From positions 32,001 to 96,000 of the forward strand of contig CAWHDT010000001.1 in NCBI GenBank assembly GCA_963828195.1: 64,000 bases of DNA, in the 5' to 3' direction. Positions within the stretch are counted from its first letter, which is position 1. Each line of letters begins with the position of its first letter. The DNA is from Candidatus Bathyarchaeota archaeon. Lineage in GTDB: Archaea > Thermoproteota > Bathyarchaeia > Bathyarchaeales > Bathycorpusculaceae. The notes under the pieces were generated by a model that searched no databases, was not told the DNA's origin, and saw nothing but the letters and a program-made list of their open reading frames with translations. The translations under genes were made by a program, and so were the position numbers. Shown here piece after piece: positions 48,834-58,497 of the stretch.

Positions 48834-49102
48834 TGACGACTATTGAAGACTATGTGGCACGCGTTGAAGGCACATGCGGGGAAGAAAAGGACGTCATTGT
48901 TGTTTTCAAGTACGAGAAGAAGGAGGAAGCCATCGCCCGCATCCTAAAAAAAGCAACCCTGAAAAATACGATAGCTGGAATAATTTTTGAATTAACATTT
49001 GAAAACTTTTCCTTCCGCGTCTACGCAAGCGGAAAAGCCATTTTTAGAAGCATCAAAAACAGAGAAGAGCTAAACCAAATTCTAAAGGCACTTCTGCTTT
49101 AG
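48833..49102 (+). CDS. Small hypothetical protein translationally coupled to sufS
   Basis: TAATG overlap with sufS; 89 aa with a 'GTCG' Cys and 'RVYASGKAIF'. Confidence 0.7.
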   Translation: MTTIEDYVARVEGTCGEEKDVIVVFKYEKKEEAIARILKKATLKNTIAGIIFELTFENFSFRVYASGKAIFRSIKNREELNQILKALLL

Positions 49103-49391
49103 AATGGCTTACGCTTTAGTTTTGTTACCTGAGTTTTTGGCTTTTTTTATCTTACTCGGAAAAGGCACCTGTATATTAGTTATGGAAAAACAAAAACGCA
49201 GGTTTCTTTTTTTTTCGGGAGGCTCTTTTTTAGTCAAAATAGAAAGATACGGGGCAAAATTTACCGAATCGTATAATATTTTCGGGATTCTCTATTGAAT
49301 AGAAAAGTATGCAGAAAATGGCAAGCACGAAGAAAACAGAGGGGTTTACCTCTAAAGTCAGAAGGCGGATCAGGGAGAAAGGATAAGATAC

Positions 49392-50072
49392 GTGGCCTTG
49401 GCTCCTTTCAGGATTATTCGGTATAGACTTCAAATTCCTTTTTGGTACAACTACAATAAATTTTTCAACTTTTGGAGAACATTCACCTTTCAAGAAAAGA
49501 AATACAAGTATTTTTATCATGAAGCTAACACAACGTGGCGAAACGAGAGAGCAGTTGAGATTCCAATAGTTTGGGAAATGGTGAAGTCTTCCAAGGGAAC
49601 TATTTTGGAGGTGGGCAATGTCCTTTCACATTATTTTAGTTTCAAGCATGATATTGTTGATAAATACGAAAAAGCCGAGGGCGTTGTAAACAAAGACATT
49701 ACCAATTTTCAAACAACGAAAAAGTACGATCTAATCATCAGCATTTCAACTTTGGAACACGTTGGATGGGACGAAAACCCGACAAGTCATGAAATCACAG
49801 GCGAATCAGAAAAGATTCTGAGTGCTGTCGAATGCTTGAAAAATATGCTCGCTCCAAACGGCAGAATTGTCGTAACGGTTCCCTTAGGATACAATCCCTT
49901 TTTGGACGAGTTAATCAAATCTGGCAAACTAAAGTTTGACAAGCAATTCTACCTGAAACGAATCTCGAAGGACAGATGGTTCGAAACGGATTGGAACAAC
50001 GTTAAAGAAGCAAAATTCAGAAAGGAGGTTCCTGCTGCCAACGCATTGATGATCGGTGTCTTCGACGCTTAA
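49392..50072 (+). CDS. SAM-dependent methyltransferase-like protein (5' end possibly frameshifted)
   Basis: 'NERAVEIP', 'LEVGN', 'YDLIISISTLEHVG', 'LAPNGRIVVTVP'. Confidence 0.7.
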   Translation: MALAPFRIIRYRLQIPFWYNYNKFFNFWRTFTFQEKKYKYFYHEANTTWRNERAVEIPIVWEMVKSSKGTILEVGNVLSHYFSFKHDIVDKYEKAEGVVNKDITNFQTTKKYDLIISISTLEHVGWDENPTSHEITGESEKILSAVECLKNMLAPNGRIVVTVPLGYNPFLDELIKSGKLKFDKQFYLKRISKDRWFETDWNNVKEAKFRKEVPAANALMIGVFDA

Positions 50073-50251
50073 TACGCGAAATAATTACAGATGCGCTAGC
50101 TACTTTGTACACAATTCACCCTAGTAGAATATTGAATTCGAAGATTTTTTGACCAATTTTTGGTTCAAATCAAAGTTTTTCTAATATCAGTTCGGAAGCG
50201 AAAATGATTTTATACTGGTCTGCTGACTTGAGATGACAGCGGGGCACCTTC

Positions 50252-51535
50252 ATGAGCACAAATGCACGGGAGACTTGTCGGGTTTGCGGATCAAGTAAAC
50301 TAACTCCAATATTTTCTCTGGGCAATCAGTTCATTACTAATTTTGTTGAAGATCCAAACGGCGATTATGCGAAAGGACCATTGGAGCTTGTTCTTTGCAA
50401 CGTTCAAGATGGGGGCTGCGGGCTACTCCAGTTAAAGCATACAGTAGACCGGGATGTTCTATACAGGAAATATTGGTACAGGTCCGGAATAAGTACAACA
50501 ATGATAAAAGCATTAGCCGATATTGTCTCTGCCGCCGAGAAATTGATTAAATTATCTTCCGGAGACTTGGTCATTGACGTTGGTGCAAACGATGGAACAT
50601 TGCTGAGACAATACAAGACTCCAGAGTTGATAACGGTCGGTTTTGAGCCCTCGAACCTATGGAAATTAGGAACCGAGGGATGTTGCAAAATAATTAATGA
50701 CTATTTTAATCGTTCATCATTCCAAAATGAATTTGGAAACAAAAAAGCAAAAGTGATAACCAGCATATCCATGTTCTACGATTTGGAGGACCCAAACGCC
50801 TTTGTCGATGACATAAGCAAGTGTTTAGACAAAGATGGTTTATGGATTATACAGATGAATTATTTGGGGTTAATGTTGGAAAACAACACATTTGACAACA
50901 TCAGCCATGAACATCTTGAATATTATTCGCTGTTATCGCTTTCAAATCTTTTGAAGAAACACGAAATGGATATTTTTGATGTTGAACTTAATGACGTGAA
51001 CGGCGGAAGCTTCAGAGTCTACATTAAGCAAAAGACGGGATGCATAAACGGTTTTTCTGGGCACGCAAAAAGACTTGAAAAACAGATTAGATACGAAGAA
51101 AAAATGGGTTTTGAGGATAGCAAGGTTTATGATAAATTCGGAGAACGGGTGGAAAAAACCAAACATGACTTATTGGCATTTCTAAATCAAGAAGTAAAGA
51201 AAGGAAAGAAGATATTCATCTATGGAGCTTCCACTCGCGGTTTGGTGGTCCTCCAATACGTAGGGATTGACAAAAAGCTTGTTGATGCAGCCGTTGACAA
51301 AAATCCTGACAAGTGGGGAAAATATATTGTTGGAACGGGTATCCCGATAATGCCAGTTGAAGAGTATAGAAAAGAAAAGCCAGACTACTTGTTCGTTTTA
51401 CCTTATCATTTTATCGAAGAAATTAAGGTTCAGGAAAAAGATTTTCTCAAAAATGGCGGAAAAATGATTGTTGCAATACCCGAGTTTCGAATAATCTCTT
51501 GGGACAATACTTTAAACGAATTTACTTCTGTCTAA
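50252..51535 (+). CDS. NDP-sugar C-methyltransferase family protein
   Basis: N-terminal 'CRVCG...CGLLQL', 'DVGANDG', 'FDNISHEHLEYYS', 'NGGS', 'YGASTRG'. Confidence 0.88.
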   Translation: MSTNARETCRVCGSSKLTPIFSLGNQFITNFVEDPNGDYAKGPLELVLCNVQDGGCGLLQLKHTVDRDVLYRKYWYRSGISTTMIKALADIVSAAEKLIKLSSGDLVIDVGANDGTLLRQYKTPELITVGFEPSNLWKLGTEGCCKIINDYFNRSSFQNEFGNKKAKVITSISMFYDLEDPNAFVDDISKCLDKDGLWIIQMNYLGLMLENNTFDNISHEHLEYYSLLSLSNLLKKHEMDIFDVELNDVNGGSFRVYIKQKTGCINGFSGHAKRLEKQIRYEEKMGFEDSKVYDKFGERVEKTKHDLLAFLNQEVKKGKKIFIYGASTRGLVVLQYVGIDKKLVDAAVDKNPDKWGKYIVGTGIPIMPVEEYRKEKPDYLFVLPYHFIEEIKVQEKDFLKNGGKMIVAIPEFRIISWDNTLNEFTSV

Positions 51536-51567
51536 GCATTCATTTTTCACTTCCGGCTTATTTGAGA

Positions 51568-52851
51568 TTATTTTGTCTTGCGACGTGTAATTTCCTCTAA
51601 AAATACGGCTTCAACATTTTTGGCGTAATTTTGCCATGACAAGTTTTCTTTGACATATTCATAAGCGTTTTCACCAATTGTTTTACAAAGCTTGGGTTTC
51701 TCTATCAATATTTCGATTTGTTCTGCAATCTTCTCAGGTGTATCTTTGTCGATAATTATCCCGTTTACGTAATCTTGTATGATCTCTGCCGTTCCGACTT
51801 GCTTAGAAATTATTACGGGTTTACCAGCGGCCATGGCTTCAGTTACCACTAATCCCCAGGGGCTTGCTGATGAAGGATAGACAAAAACATCACAGGCAGC
51901 GTAAACTTCTGCAAGTTCAACATCGCTGTGGCTGTTAAGTAGCAGAACTTTGTCTTTTAAACCCAATTCTTCACTAAGTTTTGTTAAAAAGTCCCGCTCC
52001 CTGTAAGTATCAAGTATCAGTCTAACGTTGCTGTATTTCTTAGAAAGGATTGCCAGTGCCCTGATCAGATTGGATCTTTTCGCGTAAGTGCTGCCGCCAA
52101 CGAACAAAAGAATAAAAGATTTCTCGAGATCGTATTTTTTTCTCAAGCCTCCTCCTTTAGCGTTGTGAAATAGCTCAGCGTCTACGCCTGTTCTCACAAT
52201 CCTGGATGATCGCCCATAGGCATTTCTAACATACTTTTCAGAAACATGGGACAACACCATAATTTCATCAATATAGTTCACTGTTGTTCTGTCAATTATT
52301 TCAAACATTGGCCAGTTAATTTTTCTGAAGCGTGATTTATCGGGGGCAAAGAACCAGGAGATTGGTTCATTGCACATCCACACAAGAGGCACTTTAAGCC
52401 TATTCTTCGCGACAAAACCAGCCCAGTTGGTGAAAATATTGTGGTTATTAATTATGTCAAATCTCTTCGGTATTTTCCTGCCCATTTCAATCATATAAGG
52501 AAGATGATTAACGTAATATTGACCGAGCCAAAGCTTACGCACTCTTCTTCTAATTTTTCCAAAATGGGCTGCTTCTTGAACCCTTTTTTGCGGTATTTGC
52601 GTAATCTTGGGCGGAAGAATATAAGGAATCCACTCAGGAGGCAGTTTTCCAGCAAGTGGATAATGAATTACGTTTAATTTTACTTTGTCAAAAAACTCAG
52701 GGTATGTTTCAAGGTTAACGCTGTTAGTGAAAATTTCAACTTCATGGCCCATTTTTTGCAACTCAATTGCCAGCCTTAGAATCTGTCTTTCGCCCCCAGA
52801 GCGTGCTTCAAAGGGTGTATGAATCAAGGCTATTCGCATGGCAATGATCAC
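51568..52851 (-). CDS. Glycosyltransferase family 4
   Basis: 'SGGERQ', 'DVFVYPS..PWGLVVTEAMAAGKPVI'. Confidence 0.9.
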   Translation of the reverse strand: MIIAMRIALIHTPFEARSGGERQILRLAIELQKMGHEVEIFTNSVNLETYPEFFDKVKLNVIHYPLAGKLPPEWIPYILPPKITQIPQKRVQEAAHFGKIRRRVRKLWLGQYYVNHLPYMIEMGRKIPKRFDIINNHNIFTNWAGFVAKNRLKVPLVWMCNEPISWFFAPDKSRFRKINWPMFEIIDRTTVNYIDEIMVLSHVSEKYVRNAYGRSSRIVRTGVDAELFHNAKGGGLRKKYDLEKSFILLFVGGSTYAKRSNLIRALAILSKKYSNVRLILDTYRERDFLTKLSEELGLKDKVLLLNSHSDVELAEVYAACDVFVYPSSASPWGLVVTEAMAAGKPVIISKQVGTAEIIQDYVNGIIIDKDTPEKIAEQIEILIEKPKLCKTIGENAYEYVKENLSWQNYAKNVEAVFLEEITRRKTK

Positions 52852-52865
52852 TCAGCGTCCTATGA

Positions 52866-53126
52866 ATGAAGATTTCAAAGTTTAAATATTTCTATGTCTT
52901 TCTTGAAGACAAACTGGTTAGCGCAGGCATTTATGTTTTTAACCGCGCAATCACTAAATACCTGCCAGAGATTGGATCAATTGAAAAAACAACCTTTCCC
53001 ACTCTTGCAGAAAGAAGACTCCTTAAGGCGTATAGACTAAGCAAAAATGAATTGAATCGGTCACCTCAGCTCAATCTAAGTCAGGGAATTGACAAAACCA
53101 TGGCATATTTCAGGAACCATAAATAG
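52866..53126 (+). pseudogene. Chimeric remnant: NDP-sugar nucleotidyltransferase fragment joined to an epimerase C-terminus
   Basis: 'VSAGIYVFN...LP..GSIEKTTFPTLA...LKAY' followed by 'PQLNLSQGIDKTMAYF'. Confidence 0.55.
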
Positions 53127-53226
53127 ACAAGTGTTCAAAGGCAAAAGTGGCAGGTTGTCAGCTTGCTCACCCTTAACATGGCGGGTGATTCATTTTAACA
53201 ATTCTGCAAAACATTATTGGTTAACC

Positions 53227-54444
53227 TTAAGCTTCGTTTTCTGACTCAGAATCAACAATTCTGGTTGCAGTTTTAATCGGCAAGAAAGATTTCCATTTCT
53301 CTTTGAAATCAGCCAACGAAGCAAGGTACTCGGGTGAGTTTATGTCTCCTTTTAAGGTTCTGCTTTTATGCTGACAATTTATTTGTGTGGCAAGAACGTC
53401 GAACCCCTTAATGTATGCCTGCATGCAGAAGTCGGCATCATAGAAGTGGAAACGGAATCTTTCATCAAACCATAACCCTTGCCTAAAAACTGATGAGTGA
53501 GCAATTAGGCACTGGGCGTCAAGCGTTTGGACGAGGGCATCTTTAATCAACGGCGTGCCGATGGGTTCATTGTTGGTTTGAATTATTTGGCCAAGAGAAT
53601 ATTCTAATCCAAGACGTCCACCTATTGGACCATAAACTGATTCGGTGTCTTTCTCTTTCAAACGAAGAGCCAAGTCTTCCCGAAAAATAAAGTCTTGGTG
53701 ACAAAAAATAAACCAGGTATCCTCAGCCAAGTGGTTTCGAACGGTTTCGTTGTAAAACTTGGGAAGAGGCTCATTTTTCACGTTGTGGTACGCGATTGCT
53801 CGGTCGGGTGAAACAAACCTGCTTGAAGAAAAACACTTCTTAAAAATCTCTGGAATATTGTAAACCACAACAAATTTTGTCTCAGCGGAATCAAAACAGG
53901 GTCCAGTTTTCTTAAGCCAAGCTTCCATCTCAAGCGGAACCTTATGTATTCGCCTGGTCCATCTTTCAAAATGCCGTAGATGACGCCAAAGCGAAGTCTT
54001 CTGAATTTTTTTGGGAAAGATTTTCAGGAGTCTTCCACTGATTGGGTAATCGATAGTGTTGACGAACTGGACGCTTTCATAAGTTAGAGTTGCAGCTGCA
54101 TTCTGGAACCATTTTTCATCAAAACGGTAGATACGTCGGTGCACCGCCGCACCGCTTCCCCACTTGTAGAAGTACCGCACTATTGCTTTTCTTTTAGCAA
54201 CGCGGCACATTTCTTTCAGCATACGAAAAGGGTTAGGGACTTGCTCGATGATGAATGCGGAAAACGCAACATTAAACGCTTCATCTCTAAATGGCAGAAA
54301 AGCAGGGTCGGCGACGACAAAGTTTTTTGCTCTTTTTTTCAGGGAAGTCGGATGTCGGATGAGGTCTATGTTTACGTCGCCTTTCGGTTCGTTTCCTGAG
54401 CCGACGTCAAGAATGTTAAACTCTGCGGGATATTGTTCAGTCAT
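53227..54444 (-). CDS. Methyltransferase / glycosyltransferase-like fusion
   Basis: N-terminal 'LDVGSG...LPFRDEAF...EMCRV'; C-terminal 'FIFCHQD...FDERFRFHFYDADFC...CQHKS'. Confidence 0.75.
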   Translation of the reverse strand: MTEQYPAEFNILDVGSGNEPKGDVNIDLIRHPTSLKKRAKNFVVADPAFLPFRDEAFNVAFSAFIIEQVPNPFRMLKEMCRVAKRKAIVRYFYKWGSGAAVHRRIYRFDEKWFQNAAATLTYESVQFVNTIDYPISGRLLKIFPKKIQKTSLWRHLRHFERWTRRIHKVPLEMEAWLKKTGPCFDSAETKFVVVYNIPEIFKKCFSSSRFVSPDRAIAYHNVKNEPLPKFYNETVRNHLAEDTWFIFCHQDFIFREDLALRLKEKDTESVYGPIGGRLGLEYSLGQIIQTNNEPIGTPLIKDALVQTLDAQCLIAHSSVFRQGLWFDERFRFHFYDADFCMQAYIKGFDVLATQINCQHKSRTLKGDINSPEYLASLADFKEKWKSFLPIKTATRIVDSESENEA

Positions 54445-54516
54445 GCGGGACTTTCCGTTTTTTATTGACTAATTCAGCGACTTATTAATTATATGCTGTG
54501 ACCGAAGCGGCAGCGT

Positions 54517-56016
54517 TTATTTTACGAACAGTTTCAACCGCATTTTATTTCTGCTCGCCCAGTTCAAAACTGGAATAAGCGGACCCTTAAGCCACTGGGG
54601 CAAAGCATCTTTAAAGTCCATGTGCAAGCCTAAGCGCATGGCAACTCTGCCCTTCCACGTTAAGGGCACATAGTAACGTGTTATCGGAAATTTGGAAAAC
54701 CCGTTGCTTTCTTTAAATTTATCAAGTGAGGGGTGGTTTCCTATTCTGCCATACATCAGCCACCGCTCGCCCTTGGACGCGCAGACTTCAACCGCTTTAG
54801 CAAGAAGCGCGTTGTTTACCGATTTATCCCAGTGCTTCTGCATCGAAAGAATCTGGGAAATAATAGCGATGCTATCCCCATAGATAATTTGGATAAATCC
54901 GACCAGGTCTTCGTCCAAAAAAGCCCCAATGAAAGTGGAGTTTTGAACGGCAGAAAGGTTGCGGGAAACTGTTTCTTTCGATTCGCCGTAATGTGAAAAA
55001 GCGCGCTCTTGCCTTATCGGTGTTTCATTATATATTTTCCATACCCCTTCACTGAATTCCGCGTTTGGCTCAACCACATCTACTTTTACACCGCTTTTCT
55101 CAGCTCGCCGAACCATGTTGCGGGTTTTTTTTCCAACCGAGTTCCACCAACCGTCATAGTCTTTTATTTCAAGCAAGCCAACGTTATCCTCGTTTTTTAT
55201 CCAAGCACTTGTAGCATTCGCGATGGGGCAGCACCATTTCCGCTCAAGAAACGTGAAAATATCGACGCCTCTGTCCTCCAGCTTCTCAACGAAAATGTCG
55301 GTTGGAACAATATTTTTTTCGTACTCTTGGATGTCGTGTGCTATTTTGAAGAATGCTTTCTCTTTTACTTGTACAGTGTCAAACTCTTTGTCCACGTCCA
55401 AAATGCTCTTCAGCACATGATAAAAAGGTCCCCTGTGGCTTGCTCCCCCTTGCTTAAATAGCCAGTCAGGATGTATGGAAAACACTTTCCCTTGACTAAT
55501 GTATTCTTCAGCTCGTTTTTTACCGACATCGACACCTTCGTTACCAATCACAGTATCTAAACTAAAGGTTTCAAAATCAGGGAGAATCTTGAGTGGAAAG
55601 TCACTGGGGATGTTTGCTTGTTTTTGCCCGATTTTCCGTCCCCATATCAACTGAGCAATTAACCGTGATGTTCCGTGAATGGTGTAGTACTCAACGGTTC
55701 GGTTGGTTTCATTCTCCAAGATTTTCCATTCGCGGTAAGGGTCGTTTGCGACGTGCAAACCCACTTCCTGCGTACTTGGATTTAACAAATCTAAAAGTTT
55801 TTTGTCGGGAATTGTGTAGGGCGTAAAAAACCAGTAAGCCATAACCTGCTTTGGCGACTCATCAATCATCCTGGCGATGATGCGGGCATTTCTGAGGTAG
55901 TCTTTACCTGTTCTTTTTTTGATTCCTAAAACTATGTAAAGAAAACTTTTAGCCCTTGACGGGTAAGGATAATCTACGTCGACTCTTAGATTTATCATTG
56001 CTTCTTCATTTGCCAA
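54517..56016 (-). CDS. Deacetylase-like / GNAT (FemAB-like) fusion protein
   Basis: N-terminal 'LRVDVD', 'EVGLH', 'IHG', 'IHPDW'; C-terminal 'KKTRNMVRRAEKSGV', 'LDKFKESNGF'. Confidence 0.65.
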   Translation of the reverse strand: MANEEAMINLRVDVDYPYPSRAKSFLYIVLGIKKRTGKDYLRNARIIARMIDESPKQVMAYWFFTPYTIPDKKLLDLLNPSTQEVGLHVANDPYREWKILENETNRTVEYYTIHGTSRLIAQLIWGRKIGQKQANIPSDFPLKILPDFETFSLDTVIGNEGVDVGKKRAEEYISQGKVFSIHPDWLFKQGGASHRGPFYHVLKSILDVDKEFDTVQVKEKAFFKIAHDIQEYEKNIVPTDIFVEKLEDRGVDIFTFLERKWCCPIANATSAWIKNEDNVGLLEIKDYDGWWNSVGKKTRNMVRRAEKSGVKVDVVEPNAEFSEGVWKIYNETPIRQERAFSHYGESKETVSRNLSAVQNSTFIGAFLDEDLVGFIQIIYGDSIAIISQILSMQKHWDKSVNNALLAKAVEVCASKGERWLMYGRIGNHPSLDKFKESNGFSKFPITRYYVPLTWKGRVAMRLGLHMDFKDALPQWLKGPLIPVLNWASRNKMRLKLFVK

Positions 56017-56076
56017 CTAAGGGAAAATACTAGTTTAGTTATAAACCCTCTGTCAAATAAACCGATTTTGAATTTG

Positions 56077-57003
56077 CTATAATTTGCCTATTGATTCAAG
56101 TACATTTTGCCGAATGTAGTAGCTTTGGATGTTTGGGTTGGAAATAAAATCTTGCATTATTTTAGGGTGGTCTTCCTTATTTACAACTCCGAAGGCAGGA
56201 TAATTAACGCCGCCTAATTGTGATCTAAATAAATCGGAGGTTTGTTGCCAAAAAAAACTAGGATCACCCACTTTATCTTTAAGCAGTTCAACAGTGTCTT
56301 TAAATTTTGGCATACCGAACATTTCAGCGTGATTTTTGATTTTCTCAATGAAGTCGCGCGGAAAAAGGGAATAATACCTGAAAACTGGTTTGGATAAATA
56401 TAAGGTTCTTGAAAGAAGGTTGCTGCATGAATTTACATAAGTCCACTCGATGCCTCTTCCAAGATAATTGAGAAGCTTTTTTGGATTTCGTAAACTTTTC
56501 GCGGCTTCAGAAGCAATGAAGGCTTTGCTTGGACCCAGTGCCCATGCATCCCCAATCGCAACTATACCGTTTAGGTTCTTGGAGAATCTTAATCGAAATT
56601 CTTCAGCGTATTTGTAGTTTCCCATCAAATGCAAATAGGGAAAGCAGAATGTGTTAACTTGAGGCAACATTTCTGGCAAGTCTCTAATAAAACCAACATC
56701 TGCTTCGTGAACTATCTCGTTGGCTTGAATATAAAATATGTACTCGCCTCTGCACTTTTTACGCAGCGCGTTTGTAGCATCGGTTAAAACGGTTACGCTT
56801 TTTGCATCAAGCCAGTTGTACCTGAAAATCTTGATTTTCTTGTTCGAAAGCGACATCTGCCTAAGCAATTCAAATGTTCCGTCCGTCGAGTAGCCGTCTG
56901 ATATCAAGAATTCATCGCATATTGGCAGGGCTGAGGCAATAGCTTCTGGAAAAGGATAGCCTTGTTTCAAAGCATTCTTAAGTATCATAAAACCTGAAAT
57001 CAT
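56077..57003 (-). CDS. Glycosyltransferase family 2-like
   Basis: 'GYPFPEAI', 'DGYSTDGT', 'YIQANE'. Confidence 0.8.
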   Translation of the reverse strand: MISGFMILKNALKQGYPFPEAIASALPICDEFLISDGYSTDGTFELLRQMSLSNKKIKIFRYNWLDAKSVTVLTDATNALRKKCRGEYIFYIQANEIVHEADVGFIRDLPEMLPQVNTFCFPYLHLMGNYKYAEEFRLRFSKNLNGIVAIGDAWALGPSKAFIASEAAKSLRNPKKLLNYLGRGIEWTYVNSCSNLLSRTLYLSKPVFRYYSLFPRDFIEKIKNHAEMFGMPKFKDTVELLKDKVGDPSFFWQQTSDLFRSQLGGVNYPAFGVVNKEDHPKIMQDFISNPNIQSYYIRQNVLESIGKL

Positions 57004-57168
57004 TTTTCTTGTAACCTGATTTCAATAAAACTTAGCATCTATTTAATACTTGTCTGATTTCTGCAAGCTTCACCAGTTTTTTTGGTTTTTGCTTTGCCAG
57101 TATTCAATTAGCCTTTAAATTTCTTCAAGTATCCCCGAATCCCGATGATAGGGAAAACTGAAGAGAGC

Positions 57169-58302
57169 TTAGCCGATTAAGGTTTCAACATGCGACCATA
57201 TGCCATTTTGGAATTCTTCTGGATTAAGAACTGAAATCTTATCCCACAATGTCTTACGTTTATTTTCCCAACTTGCTGTTTCATCGTCTGATTCCATGTA
57301 TCTGACGATTTTTTCCTTCAAATCATCATATGTTTCCCATCGAAATTCATCGGGAATAAACTCTTTCATTCCCCCACTGTTGTGAACTAACGTAACGCAC
57401 CCGCTTGCTAACCCTTCCACTGGGGCTATGCCGAAGTGCTCTCCCACCATTAAATGAACGTACATTCGGGAGTCGTGAAGCATTTTGACTAAATCTGGTC
57501 CAGGAAGGTTAGTTTTTAGAGCATAGTTCGGGGGCAGATTTTCCGAGAATTTGTTAAACCAGCTCTTTTCCGCATCGATTAATCCGCCAACGCTTACAAA
57601 CTCGTATGATGGTAAATCAGAAGCTAACTTTTTCATGATTTCGTGTCTTTTCACAGGAATAAAACGGGCAACGTAGATTACTCTTTTGCGTCGTTCAGAC
57701 AGGGGCGCATCGCACCAAAAACTATCCAAGTTTACCGGCGGATAAACAACAATCGGGTCTTTAACGCCGTGACTTTTCCAGAAGCACTCAATCATTTCTC
57801 GGGTATAGTTGCTGTTGCAGAAAACCATGTCGAGTTTACTTATTCCCTGTTCGACCCACTTCTTGAACAGCCAAAGGTAAAGTCTCCGTCTCAATCTAGC
57901 CGTAGCGTAGTCGAAGTGTATTTCTGGAAAGTGGACGTAAGCAATGTTTTTTTTCGCTTTATTTAGGAAAACAGGTTCAAACGGGGAGGAAGACTGCGTG
58001 GAAAACAAGTAATCATATTCTAAGCTGGATCTGTACTTTTTCAGTAATTCTACAAAATGTCGGCGTCTTTTGTAGATGGTAAATGGCGGCGCAACTTCAA
58101 TTCTTTTTCCTAGCGACCTAATGATTACGCTTTTAGGTAAATCTTCACCTACAATCTCTCTATATCGGTCAGCTTCAAAATCGAAAGTTAACAATTCAAC
58201 GTTTTGGCCGTTGGTAACTAGGGTTTTGATTACGTTGTGGCAGACCCTTTCGCCTCCGCCGTAAACGTCTAAGTATGGGTGAACCACTAGGAATTTTGCC
58301 AA
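57169..58302 (-). CDS. Glycosyltransferase family 4 (ALG11-like motif)
   Basis: 'HPYLDVYGGGERV', 'VVYPPV', 'EHFGIAPVEGLASG..HNSGG'. Confidence 0.88.
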   Translation of the reverse strand: MAKFLVVHPYLDVYGGGERVCHNVIKTLVTNGQNVELLTFDFEADRYREIVGEDLPKSVIIRSLGKRIEVAPPFTIYKRRRHFVELLKKYRSSLEYDYLFSTQSSSPFEPVFLNKAKKNIAYVHFPEIHFDYATARLRRRLYLWLFKKWVEQGISKLDMVFCNSNYTREMIECFWKSHGVKDPIVVYPPVNLDSFWCDAPLSERRKRVIYVARFIPVKRHEIMKKLASDLPSYEFVSVGGLIDAEKSWFNKFSENLPPNYALKTNLPGPDLVKMLHDSRMYVHLMVGEHFGIAPVEGLASGCVTLVHNSGGMKEFIPDEFRWETYDDLKEKIVRYMESDDETASWENKRKTLWDKISVLNPEEFQNGIWSHVETLIG

Positions 58303-58497
58303 GTCACTCGCCTGCTCGCTTACCTGTTGATTATTTACTAATGCATTATTTTAGCTAAACCCTAATGAGGTTGCGCTTATAAGCTTACATTGGAAAGGCA
58401 GTCATGCAGGCTTGCAAATTTAATCTGCACAGTTAATTACAGAAGATTAATTAAGCCAAATCTTCGATTTTTGTGATATCTGCTGGGAGGCTAAGGA

